Positions 1 through 9,007 of a stretch of DNA of 22,790 nucleotides are shown one piece after another (position 1 is the stretch's first letter; the number at the start of each line of letters is the position of its first letter). The notes under the pieces were generated by a model. It made no database searches. It was not told the origin of the DNA and saw only the letters and a program-made list of their open reading frames with translations. Where the stretch lies: contig JBDRVN010000024.1 in NCBI GenBank assembly GCA_039801885.1, forward strand, positions 1 through 22,790, read 5' to 3'. A program made the position numbers and the translations under genes. The DNA is from a candidate division WOR-3 bacterium. GTDB lineage: Bacteria; Hydrothermota; Tepidihabitantia; Tepidihabitantales; DTDR01.

Positions 1-1
1 A

Positions 2-490
2 ACTATAAATGATAGTGGATATAATCAAATCCTTTTAGGAAACTATTATTGGGTAGTTAATCATAATCCCGAGCCGCAAGAGCCAATTTATGCCCAATGC
101 AACTGGTGGGGAACAGCAGAACCTGATACTTTACCTTGGAAATTTATTGGCTGGGTTATTTATTATCCTTGGCTTACCTCACCTCCTTGGGAAGAAGAAT
201 TCACCTCTTCTCAAGTCTCCAATTTAAACAAAATAACTTCACCGGTTTTAAATATCTCACCAAATATAATAAAAGATAAATTGAATATCAAATATTTCTT
301 ACCGAAAGAAGAAGAGGTCTCTTTAATCCTTTACGATAATAATGGTAGAAAAGTGAAATTGATTGATAAAGGAAAGAAAGATAAGAATGAGATAAGTTTA
401 CTAACAAAAGATTTAAATAATGGTCTTTATTTCCTTATTTTGAGAGGTAAAGATTTCAACCTAAAAAGAAAGTTAATAATATTGAAATAA
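2..490 (+). CDS. 3' part of a secreted protein with a T9SS type-A-like C-terminal sorting domain (5' end outside window)
   Basis: Frame is open from nt 2 (TINDSGYNQ...AQCNWWG...YYPWL), so the 281 start is an artefact. AxxNWWG is typical of the end of beta-helix domains. The tail SPN..KDKLNIKYFL..LILYDNNGRKV..LNNGLYFL..RKLIILK matches the CTD pattern. Confidence 0.8.
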   Translation, partial: TINDSGYNQILLGNYYWVVNHNPEPQEPIYAQCNWWGTAEPDTLPWKFIGWVIYYPWLTSPPWEEEFTSSQVSNLNKITSPVLNISPNIIKDKLNIKYFLPKEEEVSLILYDNNGRKVKLIDKGKKDKNEISLLTKDLNNGLYFLILRGKDFNLKRKLIILK

Positions 491-560
491 AAGGACATTA
501 TTATTTATAAGGAGGCTACTCTAACTCATAAAAAATTTTAACTCTATTTACTAATTATAT

Positions 561-589
561 TTGACATTTATAAAAATTTAGATTAATAT
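561..589 (+). promoter_or_regulatory. sigma70-type promoter, probably giving a leaderless mRNA
   Basis: TTGACA(561-566)-17 bp-TAATAT(584-589), then 5 nt to ATG 595; no Shine-Dalgarno (SD). Confidence 0.6.
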
Positions 590-594
590 AATTT

Positions 595-1176
595 ATGTTT
601 TTTTTGCTTATCTCTTTATTTACCCAATTGGATGTAACCCCTAATATTACTGGTAATGATTATTTTGGGAAAATTAAAGTAAAGAGATTTTTAATTAAGG
701 ATACTACTTTTATCTTTGATTTGGATGGTGATAAAATAAAAGATACCTTTGCTATCTATTTTCTCCAAACCGGATATAATTTTGAGATTAGAAGTCATAA
801 GAGTAAAAAGATTTTCTTTTGGATTGAAGAGAGAAATGATATGGATATCTATGTAGAAGTTGCTCGGGCTTTTCTGGTGAATGATGAAAAACCCCTTTTA
901 TTAATTGGTATAGAAAAATTTCCTGCTCATGGAAACGAGTTTCATATATATGATGTAGTTCATACTGCTAAAGGTATTGAATTTTTCCCCTTATTAATTG
1001 ATTCCAGTGCCGGTTGGGCTAACAGTCCGGTGATTTTAAAACCCGGTTATGTAGAGATAAAGCATTTTCGGGAATGGTTAATTGCTAAATATTTATGGGA
1101 TGGTGAAAAATTTATCAAAGTTTATGATGTGGAAGAAGAATATAAACCAAAAGAAGAAAAAAAAGGAAAAAAATAA
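595..1176 (+). CDS. hypothetical, probably exported protein with a DxDGD-type Ca-binding-like loop
   Basis: 193 aa; short hydrophobic N-terminus, DLDGDKIKD, KYLWDGEKF and a Lys/Glu-rich tail. Confidence 0.7.
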   Translation: MFFLLISLFTQLDVTPNITGNDYFGKIKVKRFLIKDTTFIFDLDGDKIKDTFAIYFLQTGYNFEIRSHKSKKIFFWIEERNDMDIYVEVARAFLVNDEKPLLLIGIEKFPAHGNEFHIYDVVHTAKGIEFFPLLIDSSAGWANSPVILKPGYVEIKHFREWLIAKYLWDGEKFIKVYDVEEEYKPKEEKKGKK

Positions 1177-1193
1177 AATAGATTTCTTTTTAA

Positions 1194-3212
1194 ATGGAAG
1201 AGCAAGTAATAAAAGAAAGATTAAAAAGAACTTGGATTCCTTTCTTTTCCCGATTTGGTAGTTTAACCGAAATCCAAAAGAAGGTTATTCCCAAGATTTT
1301 AGAGGATAAAAATTTGGTAATTATCTCACCAGCAGCTACTGGGAAAACTGAAGCGACTGTCGCACCAATTGTTGAAAAACTATTAGAGAAAAACAAAAAC
1401 GATTTTTCTATTTTATATGTTTCTCCTACGAGGGCATTAGTTAATGATTTATATCGACGTTTACAATATCCCTTTGAATATTTAAATCTAAAGATTGAGA
1501 AAAAGACCGGTGACCGACCAAGGATTAATGAAAAGAAACTAGCTTTTATTTTGTTAACTACTCCGGAATCTTTTGATTCTTTACTCTCTCGCCATCCTCA
1601 GATTTTTACTTCCCTTTCTTATGTAATTCTTGACGAATTGCATCTTTTAGATAACACTCCACGGGGCGACCAGTTAAGAATTTTATTAAATCGTCTAAGA
1701 AGGATAAATTCTAATATTAAATATTATGCCCTTTCGGCAACAATTGATGATAAAAATATTGGCGAAAGATATTTTTCTAATTGGGAAATATGTGAAGTGC
1801 CTTTGAAGAGAGAAATTGAAGAGATATTAATTCCGGAAAAAGAGAAACCTGGTGATGGGCTACTTTTACTTTATCAAATATTTTTAGAAAAGAACCTAAA
1901 TAAGATTTTATTTTTCTTTAATGCCCGTAGCACCGCCGAAATGTTTGTACCGATTTTAAAAAAATATTTAAATACTGATAAGGTTTGGGTTCATCATGCA
2001 AGTTTAACAAAGCAGAAGAGGGAAGAAGTGGAAAAGTTAATGGAAAAAGAGAAGAAAGGAGTTTTATGTGCCACAACAACTTTAGAATTGGGGATTGATA
2101 TCGGCGATATTGATTGCGTGGTATTATACCGGCCACCTTTTAATGTTAGTTCTTTATTACAAAGAATTGGTCGCGGTAATCGGCGAAGCGAGAAAATTTT
2201 TGCTATCGGTATCTATAAGAATAATTGGGAAAGATTATTATTTGAAATCTTCTTTGAATGTGCCAAAGAAGGAAGACTTTATGAACGATATTATAACCCT
2301 TCCCTTGCGGTTATTCCCCAACAAATCTTTTCTTATTTATATCAACGAAGAAGAATTGGAACTACTTTTAATTCCTTAAGAAATATCTTTAATAATATTT
2401 ATGATGAAGAGATAATAAAAAAGATTTTGGGATATCTTTTAGAGAACGAATATATCAAAACTCAAACTAAAGGGGTTTATTTCTTATCAGAGAAGTTAGA
2501 AAACTTAATAAATTATGGAAGGGTTCATTCTAATATTCAACAGAAAAGTTTTGGTGAATACGAACTTTATGATATTGATACCGAAAAGAAACTGGGTTAT
2601 ATCTTTTATCCCCAACCAAAATTTATCTTTGGCGGCATTACTTATGAACTTGTTGAGATAAGAAAGAAAGAAAAGAGAATTTATGCTCGAAAGATAAGTG
2701 AAAGCGAAGCAACATCAAAACTTTTTGAAGGAACAGGAACCGGTGGCTATTTCTTTGAACTGGCAAAAGTTATTAAGAAAAAGATTTTTCCTAATTTAGC
2801 GGAATGGGAATTTCCTTTCTTTGTTGACCAGGAGAAATTATATCTTTTCCATTTTTTAGGTAGTCTTTATGGTTCAATTTTGGCAATGGCTTATAAATTA
2901 GATGAAAGAAAAGCAATTGATTTAGATGGCAAGGTTTTTCTTTTTGAAGAAAATTATGCTGATATCCTTTTAGAAAAGAGATTTCCCAAAGTAAACAAAG
3001 AGATTATATTAACAATTATTGAAAATAATCTATTTATATTGGAAGATGCCTTAGGAAGCGGTGGGTTTTTTAGATATCTATCTAAGGATTTACAAATTTA
3101 TGACCATTATTTAAGATTAGATATTGAAAGGTTATTTAAATTTTTAGATAATATCCAATTGGTGGAAATAACTAAAGATTTGGCATTAGTTTTCTTAGAG
3201 GGATATATCTAA
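1194..3212 (+). CDS. Lhr-like SF2 DEXH-box helicase
   Basis: Q motif LTEIQ; I ATGKTEA; Ia SPTRALVND; Ib LTTPES; II LDELH; III SAT; HHASL; V TTTLELGIDIG; VI QRIGRGNR. Confidence 0.9.
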   Translation: MEEQVIKERLKRTWIPFFSRFGSLTEIQKKVIPKILEDKNLVIISPAATGKTEATVAPIVEKLLEKNKNDFSILYVSPTRALVNDLYRRLQYPFEYLNLKIEKKTGDRPRINEKKLAFILLTTPESFDSLLSRHPQIFTSLSYVILDELHLLDNTPRGDQLRILLNRLRRINSNIKYYALSATIDDKNIGERYFSNWEICEVPLKREIEEILIPEKEKPGDGLLLLYQIFLEKNLNKILFFFNARSTAEMFVPILKKYLNTDKVWVHHASLTKQKREEVEKLMEKEKKGVLCATTTLELGIDIGDIDCVVLYRPPFNVSSLLQRIGRGNRRSEKIFAIGIYKNNWERLLFEIFFECAKEGRLYERYYNPSLAVIPQQIFSYLYQRRRIGTTFNSLRNIFNNIYDEEIIKKILGYLLENEYIKTQTKGVYFLSEKLENLINYGRVHSNIQQKSFGEYELYDIDTEKKLGYIFYPQPKFIFGGITYELVEIRKKEKRIYARKISESEATSKLFEGTGTGGYFFELAKVIKKKIFPNLAEWEFPFFVDQEKLYLFHFLGSLYGSILAMAYKLDERKAIDLDGKVFLFEENYADILLEKRFPKVNKEIILTIIENNLFILEDALGSGGFFRYLSKDLQIYDHYLRLDIERLFKFLDNIQLVEITKDLALVFLEGYI

Positions 3213-4354
3213 TGAGAATTTTATTTATCTCTTACTATTTCCCGCCTTTGGGAGGTGTGGGAGTTATTAGGGTTTCAAAGTTTATTAAATATCTAAAAAG
3301 AAAAAGCTATGAAATATCAGTGATAACCATAAAAGAAATTCCCTATTATCTTTATGATAAAGAACTATTAAAAGAGATTGAAGGAATAAAAATTTATAAA
3401 ACAGAAAGTTTAGATTTTGCTCGGCTTTTGTATCATTTAGGTATAAGAAAAGAATTTTCCTATGCCGGTACTTCCTATTCCCATTTTCTAAATAAATTAT
3501 TATTTCCCGATGCAAAAATTGGCTTTCTACCATTTGCTTTTTTTCTTTCTAAAAAGATAATTGAAAAAGAAAAGCCTTCTTTTATCTTTGCTACTGCACC
3601 ACCTTATACTGTATTATTACTTGGTTTACTTTTAAAAAAGAAATTTTCTTTATCTTTAATTTCTGATTTTCGCGACCTTTATCCAACAGGCACAATAATG
3701 CCACCTTTTTATTTTAGAAATTTTTTAGATAGTCTAAGAAAAAAGATAGTAGAAGATAGTGATGTTGTATTTTCCTGTCATTATGAAAATTTAAAAGATT
3801 TAGGTAACAAAGCAATCTGGCTTCCTAATGGTTATGATCCCGAAGATTTCATTATTGAGGGATGGAGATTCCCAACAAGAAGTATTTTTTATGCAGGAAA
3901 TTTAGAGAGAAATTCCAAAGGGATATTTTTATTGGCAGAAGATTTAAAAGAGATTACTGATTTAAAAATCTATCTTGCTGGTCATATTGATTTTTCTATA
4001 AAAAAAGAGTTAATAAATTATTCTAATATTATCTATTTAGGAAGTTTTCCTCATAAAGAAGTCTGTTCTTTAATGAAAGGAGCCGATTATTTACTTTATC
4101 TACCAAAGAAAAACCAAATAGTTGGGTTAAAACTTTTTGAATATATTGGTGCCCAGAGACCAATTATTTTTTATGGTGAGATAAGTGAAGAGATAAGGAT
4201 GTTAAATAAGAAATACCAAATAGGATATTATTATAATGAAAAATTGAAAGAAAAGATTATCCGAAATGAAGAACTTGAAGTAAATAAAGATATTTCTCAT
4301 CTATTCTCTTTTTCCTATTTAACTGAAAAGTTGGTTGAAGTTATAAAAAGATAA
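3212..4354 (+). CDS. glycosyltransferase family 4 (GT-B)
   Basis: MRILFISYYFPPLGGVGVIR, ATAPP, SDFRD, PNGYDPEDF, KLFEY; TAATG overlap with the helicase stop. Confidence 0.88.
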   Translation: MRILFISYYFPPLGGVGVIRVSKFIKYLKRKSYEISVITIKEIPYYLYDKELLKEIEGIKIYKTESLDFARLLYHLGIRKEFSYAGTSYSHFLNKLLFPDAKIGFLPFAFFLSKKIIEKEKPSFIFATAPPYTVLLLGLLLKKKFSLSLISDFRDLYPTGTIMPPFYFRNFLDSLRKKIVEDSDVVFSCHYENLKDLGNKAIWLPNGYDPEDFIIEGWRFPTRSIFYAGNLERNSKGIFLLAEDLKEITDLKIYLAGHIDFSIKKELINYSNIIYLGSFPHKEVCSLMKGADYLLYLPKKNQIVGLKLFEYIGAQRPIIFYGEISEEIRMLNKKYQIGYYYNEKLKEKIIRNEELEVNKDISHLFSFSYLTEKLVEVIKR

Positions 4355-4355
4355 A

Positions 4356-4427
4356 AGCGGGAGACGGGATTTGAACCCGCGACCCCCACCTTGGCAAGGT
4401 GATGCTCTACCGCTGAGCTACTCCCGC
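4356..4427 (-). tRNA. tRNA-Gly(GCC), CCA not encoded
   Basis: Acceptor GCGGGAG/CTCCCGC, anticodon loop TTGCCAA, T arm GGTTCAAATCC, discriminator U. Confidence 0.97.
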
Positions 4428-4436
4428 ATTATTTTT

Positions 4437-4464
4437 ATTATAAAAAATTATAAAATAAAATCAA
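4437..4464 (-). promoter_or_regulatory. promoter of tRNA-Gly
   Basis: TTGATT(4464-4459)-16 bp-TATAAT(4442-4437); the -35 overlaps the TGA stop of the upstream gene. Confidence 0.6.
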
Positions 4465-4967
4465 TAATAGAAAATTAAAGCTAATGGATACCCAAAGGAA
4501 GCAGAGAAATTAGAAGATTTGTTTTCATAGTTTCTCTGATAAAAACATTCGGTATAAGCCGAGAAATCAAGAGAAAGATTCTTTAAAAACCAAATTTCTA
4601 TTCCCAAGCCAATGATAAAGCCTGTTTTTGAATATTGCCATTTTCTTTCTAATAAGAAAGATTCAAATTTTAATCCACTTTTTAAATAAAGATTAGATCT
4701 TTCTCTTGAGCGAAAGACATAATCTAAAATACCACCGATTCCCCATTTTAAATACTTTTCCTGTGAAAGATAATCCAAAATGGCATAAGGTTCAATAGCA
4801 AACTTAGAAGAAACTCCAATTTTTCCACAAACCCAATGAGGAGCTGTCCAGCATCCCCAAAGAGGTGCCGGCATATTCCAACCAAAACCAATTCCAAATT
4901 TTTCTTTCAAATCAACTGCCAATAGAGGAAAAATAAAAATAGTTAATAAAATAAAAATTTTTTTCAT
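4461..4967 (-). CDS. small outer-membrane beta-barrel protein
   Basis: Signal peptide MKKIFILLTIFIFPLLA; amphipathic Gly/aromatic strands (GLGIEIWF, LSLDF); aromatic C-terminus LIFYY; SD AAAGGAG. Confidence 0.75.
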   Translation of the reverse strand: MKKIFILLTIFIFPLLAVDLKEKFGIGFGWNMPAPLWGCWTAPHWVCGKIGVSSKFAIEPYAILDYLSQEKYLKWGIGGILDYVFRSRERSNLYLKSGLKFESFLLERKWQYSKTGFIIGLGIEIWFLKNLSLDFSAYTECFYQRNYENKSSNFSASFGYPLALIFYY

Positions 4968-4996
4968 AGAGAACTCCTTTTTAGAAAATAAAAAAA

Positions 4997-5069
4997 TGGC
5001 CCCAGGGGGAATCGAACCCCCATTTTCGCCTTGAAAGAGCGATGTCCTAAACCATTAGACGATGGGGCC
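4997..5069 (-). tRNA. tRNA-Glu(TTC), CCA not encoded
   Basis: Acceptor GGCCCCA/TGGGGCC, anticodon loop CTTTCAA, T arm GGGGGTTCGATTCCCCC. Confidence 0.97.
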
Positions 5070-5080
5070 ACTTATAAAAT

Positions 5081-5108
5081 AATATAATAAATTTTCTCTA
5101 AAAGTCAA
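5081..5108 (-). promoter_or_regulatory. promoter of tRNA-Glu
   Basis: TTGACT(5108-5103)-16 bp-TATATT(5086-5081); the -35 lies in the last codons of the C25 gene. Confidence 0.55.
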
Positions 5109-8100
5109 ATAAAATTATTTTTCTTATCCTTTTTCCCGTTTTTATAAAATAAATTCCCTTTTTTATATTTTTCTTTTCAATCTTTCTTCCGGAAAAATCA
5201 AAGATTTTGATATTTTTTTCTAATTTGGAAAGATTCTTAAACTCTCTTTTTCTAATAATTGTTGTTAATATTTTTTCCTCTTTCACACTGGAAAATTGGG
5301 CAATACCTAAGGAAAAATAAATTCCTGATAGATAATTATTACCAGCTATTTTTAAAGTAAAATCTAAAATAGTATCGTTTGGATTATTATTAACAATAAA
5401 GAGATAGGGATTTCCTGAATTATTAATCTCTTCGTTTGGTAATAAATTACTAATATCGAAAATTGATTCACCAATTACACAGTCATTATCTCTCTTTTGT
5501 AAAATTACTAAGAGATTATTTGCTGTTTGATTACCCAAATTTTTTAATGTTATCGATAATAAAATTGGTTCACCACTCTCAATAACTCCATTATTATTTC
5601 CTAAATTATCACTAATTATAAGATTTTCCAAAGAGATAAAAGGAGAGATAGCAATAGTGGGTGGATTAGTAGTAATTTTAATTGCTCGGTTAGAACCAAG
5701 AAGCGAAGCATTCGGATGATATTCATTATTAAAAAGATAGGTAAGACCATAATTATTTTCTCCTTTTTGAATGCCAACAGTATTACTTGAAGCATTGGTT
5801 ACTTGTTGATATTGAAAAACAATCTCGCCATCACCAGTAATTGTCGGATAATAATTAGGGTCATAAAATACTATTTCAAAGGTTTCTCTTTGAGAATGAG
5901 CATCCCAATGGTAGAGGTCATAATATTCAATTATAAAAAGGTGATTCTCATTATTATAATATTGATAAATTGCTGGTTGAATTCGGGAAAGATTTCTGGT
6001 ATCAAGATTATCCCAAAAAGGTGCGATAATATTAAAATTTAAATTATTAGGTAAATATAAATTATCCCTTCCTGAGAAATTTCCTATACTCCCCAAGCAA
6101 ACAAACCCATTGGAAGAAATAGTTATTGAATCATAATAATTACTATAGAACTTAAAGCGGAAAGGTAAAGGAATTGTGATTGTAGTATCATCGCTTTCGG
6201 AAACCAGAGGTATTTCTTCACCAATAGCAGAAATTTCAAGCCAATTAAATTGAGGTGCATTACCGTAACGAAAATCATTGTTATCATATAAATAATATCC
6301 GTAATTGTCGGGTCCGCTTGGTAGATTATAATTTGCTCCGCCAATACTTAAAACTAAATCAAAGGAATCTTCAATTATATAAGTAGGATTTTTTGCCAAA
6401 AGATATACTTTTAATAAAATATTATTACCAGGAATAACTAAAGGCGATAAATAAAAAGCTACTGGGTCAGAAAGATTGGATTTAATTTGTTGGGGCAAAA
6501 TTTCTCCAAAGCTTCCCAAGGAATCACTAATTTTTAAATATTGATTATCAGTCTTTAATCGGCAATAGACATTTTGAAATTGGTCATTCCCTTCATTTTT
6601 AAAGGTGAGATAAAAAAGAACACCTTCTCCGGGTTCTAATATTTGATTATTATTGCCAAAAGGAAGAGTATCTTTAATTTGATAATTTAAAAAGAGAAGG
6701 TTCCCTTTGTGCACCTCCGCAAAAAAAGGAATTCGCCAAATATTAGAATTTTTATCCTCTAAAATTAAGTGAAAACTAATAAATCCATCGGGAACATTAG
6801 AGTTAAAATAAACTTTAAAAGGATTTAGATTTTCTTTTCTTTCTTCCGGTAAAATATTACCATAAAAAGCAACTGAATCTAAAAGGGAAACAAAATTATT
6901 TTGGGTTAATAGTTTTCCGAAAACACTTTCGGCGATTACTCTTCCGGTATTTTTTATTCTGATTTTAAATAAAATTGTTTCGTTGGGATTAATTTGCAGA
7001 TTACCGTTTCCTAAAGGAGGAAAATCAAAAAGCGAAAGAGAGTCAAGTATTAAAAGGGGTTCCTCCCTGACAATACTGCAAAAATCCTCGTAAGGTAAAC
7101 AATTTTTAGCGGTAACAGTGATTTCCATAACACCGGTTGTTTGCGGATTGATTAAAAATCTAATTCTTCCTGTGCTATCAGTATATCCATAATGATATAA
7201 TTCTAATGGTATGGTATCTCCCTTTTTTAAACAGACTAAAGCATTTCTTAAAGGTTCGTTATTTTCGTTATAAACCTCAACAGTGAAAAATTGTTGTTGA
7301 GGTAATATTTGATTCGGATGGATAACATTAAGCGGTTTTGGTTTCTCTGTCCAAATATTTAATTCGGGGTCGCCAAAAAGATTTAAACTAATACTTGAAG
7401 GTATATCCCAATATAACATAGAATCTTTGGCTTTCAGAAAACAACTTCCTAAAATATTATCGTTTTCAATAAAGAGATTTTTAATAAAAGCTCGTAAACC
7501 GCAACTTCTTGCCCGAGCAAGAAAAAGAAAAGAATAAGTGCTTCCTAAAAAAGCAACTGCTCCGGTAGGGTAATAATAATTTCCTGCCCAAAGCCATTTG
7601 GCACCGACCGCAGCGGTTTCGATTAATGAAGGATTTAAACTTAAAGTTTGACAAGTAAAAGAAAGAATTATTGGTAAATTAAAATAATTCTCTGTAAGAT
7701 AAGGGTTGACATTAAAAGGCGAATACCAATTGCCGACAGCATTACCTCGATAAACGACAATTCCTCTTCCATCATTAATACCCTCAATAATATCTCGCCA
7801 ATCATTATCGTGTAATTTTGATAAAGTATCAAAATAAAGTAATCTATTACCAAAAGAAGAAGCAAAATATCTGATATCATTCCAATAAATTGTATCGTCG
7901 CTATCGTTATTTTCATTAATAATCCCCATCCCTTTAATTATCCAAAAAGTATCCGGTGATAGAAATTTTTCATAAATTAGAGTTTTTCTTACCATTAAAG
8001 AACACTCTCGATTATTTCGGCAAGGAAATCTTCCATAAATAATTTCGGGCTTATTATCATTGTTGAAGTCAAAAAACCAGTTATCAGTATAAATCCGATA

Positions 8101-8406
8101 AGCATTATTCCAATAACTTGTTAATTGATTTGGATAACCAACTATTAAAACATATTCTGGTTTAATTTCCCATTTGTTATAAGCATTTAGGATATAATTT
8201 TTTATGAGATTAGGTTCGTTTCCTCCGATTTCGGATAAAGTAACAATTTTGCTAAGAACTCCTTTTTTAGTTTTCCACTCGCTTAATGGTAAAAGAGTAT
8301 TAAAAAATTCATCAGAGGTAATAATTAAATACCGAGCACCAATAAATGAATAAAGGGGGTAAAATAATATTATAAAAAACAAAATTACTTTTTTTAATAC
8401 TTTCAT
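5098..8406 (-). CDS. peptidase C25 (gingipain-family) domain protein with Ig-like repeats and a T9SS-like CTD; catalytic His apparently absent
   Basis: YLIIT..WKTKKG, YVLIVG, YGRFP, GAVAFLG, LNLFGDPELNIWT; three GNxN..[PS]xE repeats; CTD IFDFSGRK..KGIYFI..KII. Start set at ATG 8406 because of SD GGAGG (8416-8412) and a following signal peptide. Confidence 0.88.
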   Translation of the reverse strand: MKVLKKVILFFIILFYPLYSFIGARYLIITSDEFFNTLLPLSEWKTKKGVLSKIVTLSEIGGNEPNLIKNYILNAYNKWEIKPEYVLIVGYPNQLTSYWNNAYRIYTDNWFFDFNNDNKPEIIYGRFPCRNNRECSLMVRKTLIYEKFLSPDTFWIIKGMGIINENNDSDDTIYWNDIRYFASSFGNRLLYFDTLSKLHDNDWRDIIEGINDGRGIVVYRGNAVGNWYSPFNVNPYLTENYFNLPIILSFTCQTLSLNPSLIETAAVGAKWLWAGNYYYPTGAVAFLGSTYSFLFLARARSCGLRAFIKNLFIENDNILGSCFLKAKDSMLYWDIPSSISLNLFGDPELNIWTEKPKPLNVIHPNQILPQQQFFTVEVYNENNEPLRNALVCLKKGDTIPLELYHYGYTDSTGRIRFLINPQTTGVMEITVTAKNCLPYEDFCSIVREEPLLILDSLSLFDFPPLGNGNLQINPNETILFKIRIKNTGRVIAESVFGKLLTQNNFVSLLDSVAFYGNILPEERKENLNPFKVYFNSNVPDGFISFHLILEDKNSNIWRIPFFAEVHKGNLLFLNYQIKDTLPFGNNNQILEPGEGVLFYLTFKNEGNDQFQNVYCRLKTDNQYLKISDSLGSFGEILPQQIKSNLSDPVAFYLSPLVIPGNNILLKVYLLAKNPTYIIEDSFDLVLSIGGANYNLPSGPDNYGYYLYDNNDFRYGNAPQFNWLEISAIGEEIPLVSESDDTTITIPLPFRFKFYSNYYDSITISSNGFVCLGSIGNFSGRDNLYLPNNLNFNIIAPFWDNLDTRNLSRIQPAIYQYYNNENHLFIIEYYDLYHWDAHSQRETFEIVFYDPNYYPTITGDGEIVFQYQQVTNASSNTVGIQKGENNYGLTYLFNNEYHPNASLLGSNRAIKITTNPPTIAISPFISLENLIISDNLGNNNGVIESGEPILLSITLKNLGNQTANNLLVILQKRDNDCVIGESIFDISNLLPNEEINNSGNPYLFIVNNNPNDTILDFTLKIAGNNYLSGIYFSLGIAQFSSVKEEKILTTIIRKREFKNLSKLEKNIKIFDFSGRKIEKKNIKKGIYFIKTGKRIRKIILFDF

Positions 8407-8430
8407 TTTTGCCTCCATTTTTAAAAGATG

Positions 8431-8467
8431 GGCAATAATTTTTACAATAGGCAATAATATTTACAAT
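8431..8467. repeat. tandem 18-bp direct repeat (period 19) upstream of the C25 gene
   Basis: GGCAATAATTTTTACAAT (8431-8448) and GGCAATAATATTTACAAT (8450-8467), 17/18 identical. Confidence 0.8.
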
Positions 8468-8532
8468 TTCTTTTCTTAAATTCATATCTGTTCAATAATA
8501 AATTAACAATTTCTATGCCATTTATTTTTAAT

Positions 8533-8561
8533 TTGACTTTTATTGTTTTTTCTTTTATAAT
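8533..8561 (+). promoter_or_regulatory. sigma70-type promoter of the fur-feo operon
   Basis: TTGACT(8533-8538)-17 bp-TATAAT(8556-8561). Confidence 0.8.
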
Positions 8562-8562
8562 T

Positions 8563-8579
8563 TTGAAAATGAATTTCAA
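8563..8579. promoter_or_regulatory. probable Fur box over the transcription start
   Basis: TTGAAAATGAATTTCAA inverted repeat; core TGAAAAT-G-AATTTCA matches the 7-1-7 consensus TGATAAT-N-ATTATCA at 11/14 positions. Confidence 0.7.
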
Positions 8580-8587
8580 TTTCATTT

Positions 8588-9007
8588 ATGTGGGAAAAAA
8601 TATTAGCAAAATATTTTAATGAGAAGGGGTTAAAAAAATCAGCAAAAAGAAAAAAGGTTATTGAGATTTTTTTTAAAGCAGATAAACATTTTAATGTTGA
8701 TGAACTTTATGAGAAATTAGAGAGAAAGGTGAGTCGCTCAACAATTTATCGGGCATTAAAACTTTTAACAGAATGTGGTTTAGCGATTGAACAGAAATTT
8801 GAAGAGAAAAATAGAAGGTACGAACCTGCCCATTTTTCTCATCACCACGACCATTTTATCTGTTTAAAATGTGGAAAGATAATTGAGTTTAATGAGAAAA
8901 ATATAGAAGATGCCCAAAATAAAATTGCTAAAAAATATAATTTTAAAATGGTTTCTCATAAACTAGAGATTTATGGGTATTGTGAAAAATGCCAAAAAAG
9001 TTTGTAA
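8588..9007 (+). CDS. fur: Fur-family transcriptional repressor
   Basis: HFNVDELY, STIYRALKLL, HHHDHFICLKCG, C-terminal GYCEKC; heads the feo operon. Confidence 0.92.
   Translation: MWEKILAKYFNEKGLKKSAKRKKVIEIFFKADKHFNVDELYEKLERKVSRSTIYRALKLLTECGLAIEQKFEEKNRRYEPAHFSHHHDHFICLKCGKIIEFNEKNIEDAQNKIAKKYNFKMVSHKLEIYGYCEKCQKSL

Noticed and set aside
1..4427. Genomic island integrated at the 3' end of tRNA-Gly
   Set aside because: No integrase, no duplicated tRNA 3' end seen in the window and no obvious compositional shift.
5098..8406. PorU-type T9SS sortase
   Set aside because: It lacks the long N-terminal region and the His needed for transpeptidation; the architecture is cargo-like.
8407..8454. 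16-aa N-terminal extension of the C25 ORF, and a weak hairpin over its SD
   Set aside because: The extension begins at a non-ATG codon inside the repeat; ATG 8406 has the SD and signal peptide. The hairpin has only about 4-6 bp with a bulge.
8431..8513. CRISPR mini-array
   Set aside because: Units are 18 bp, adjacent, have no unique spacers, and no cas genes are present.
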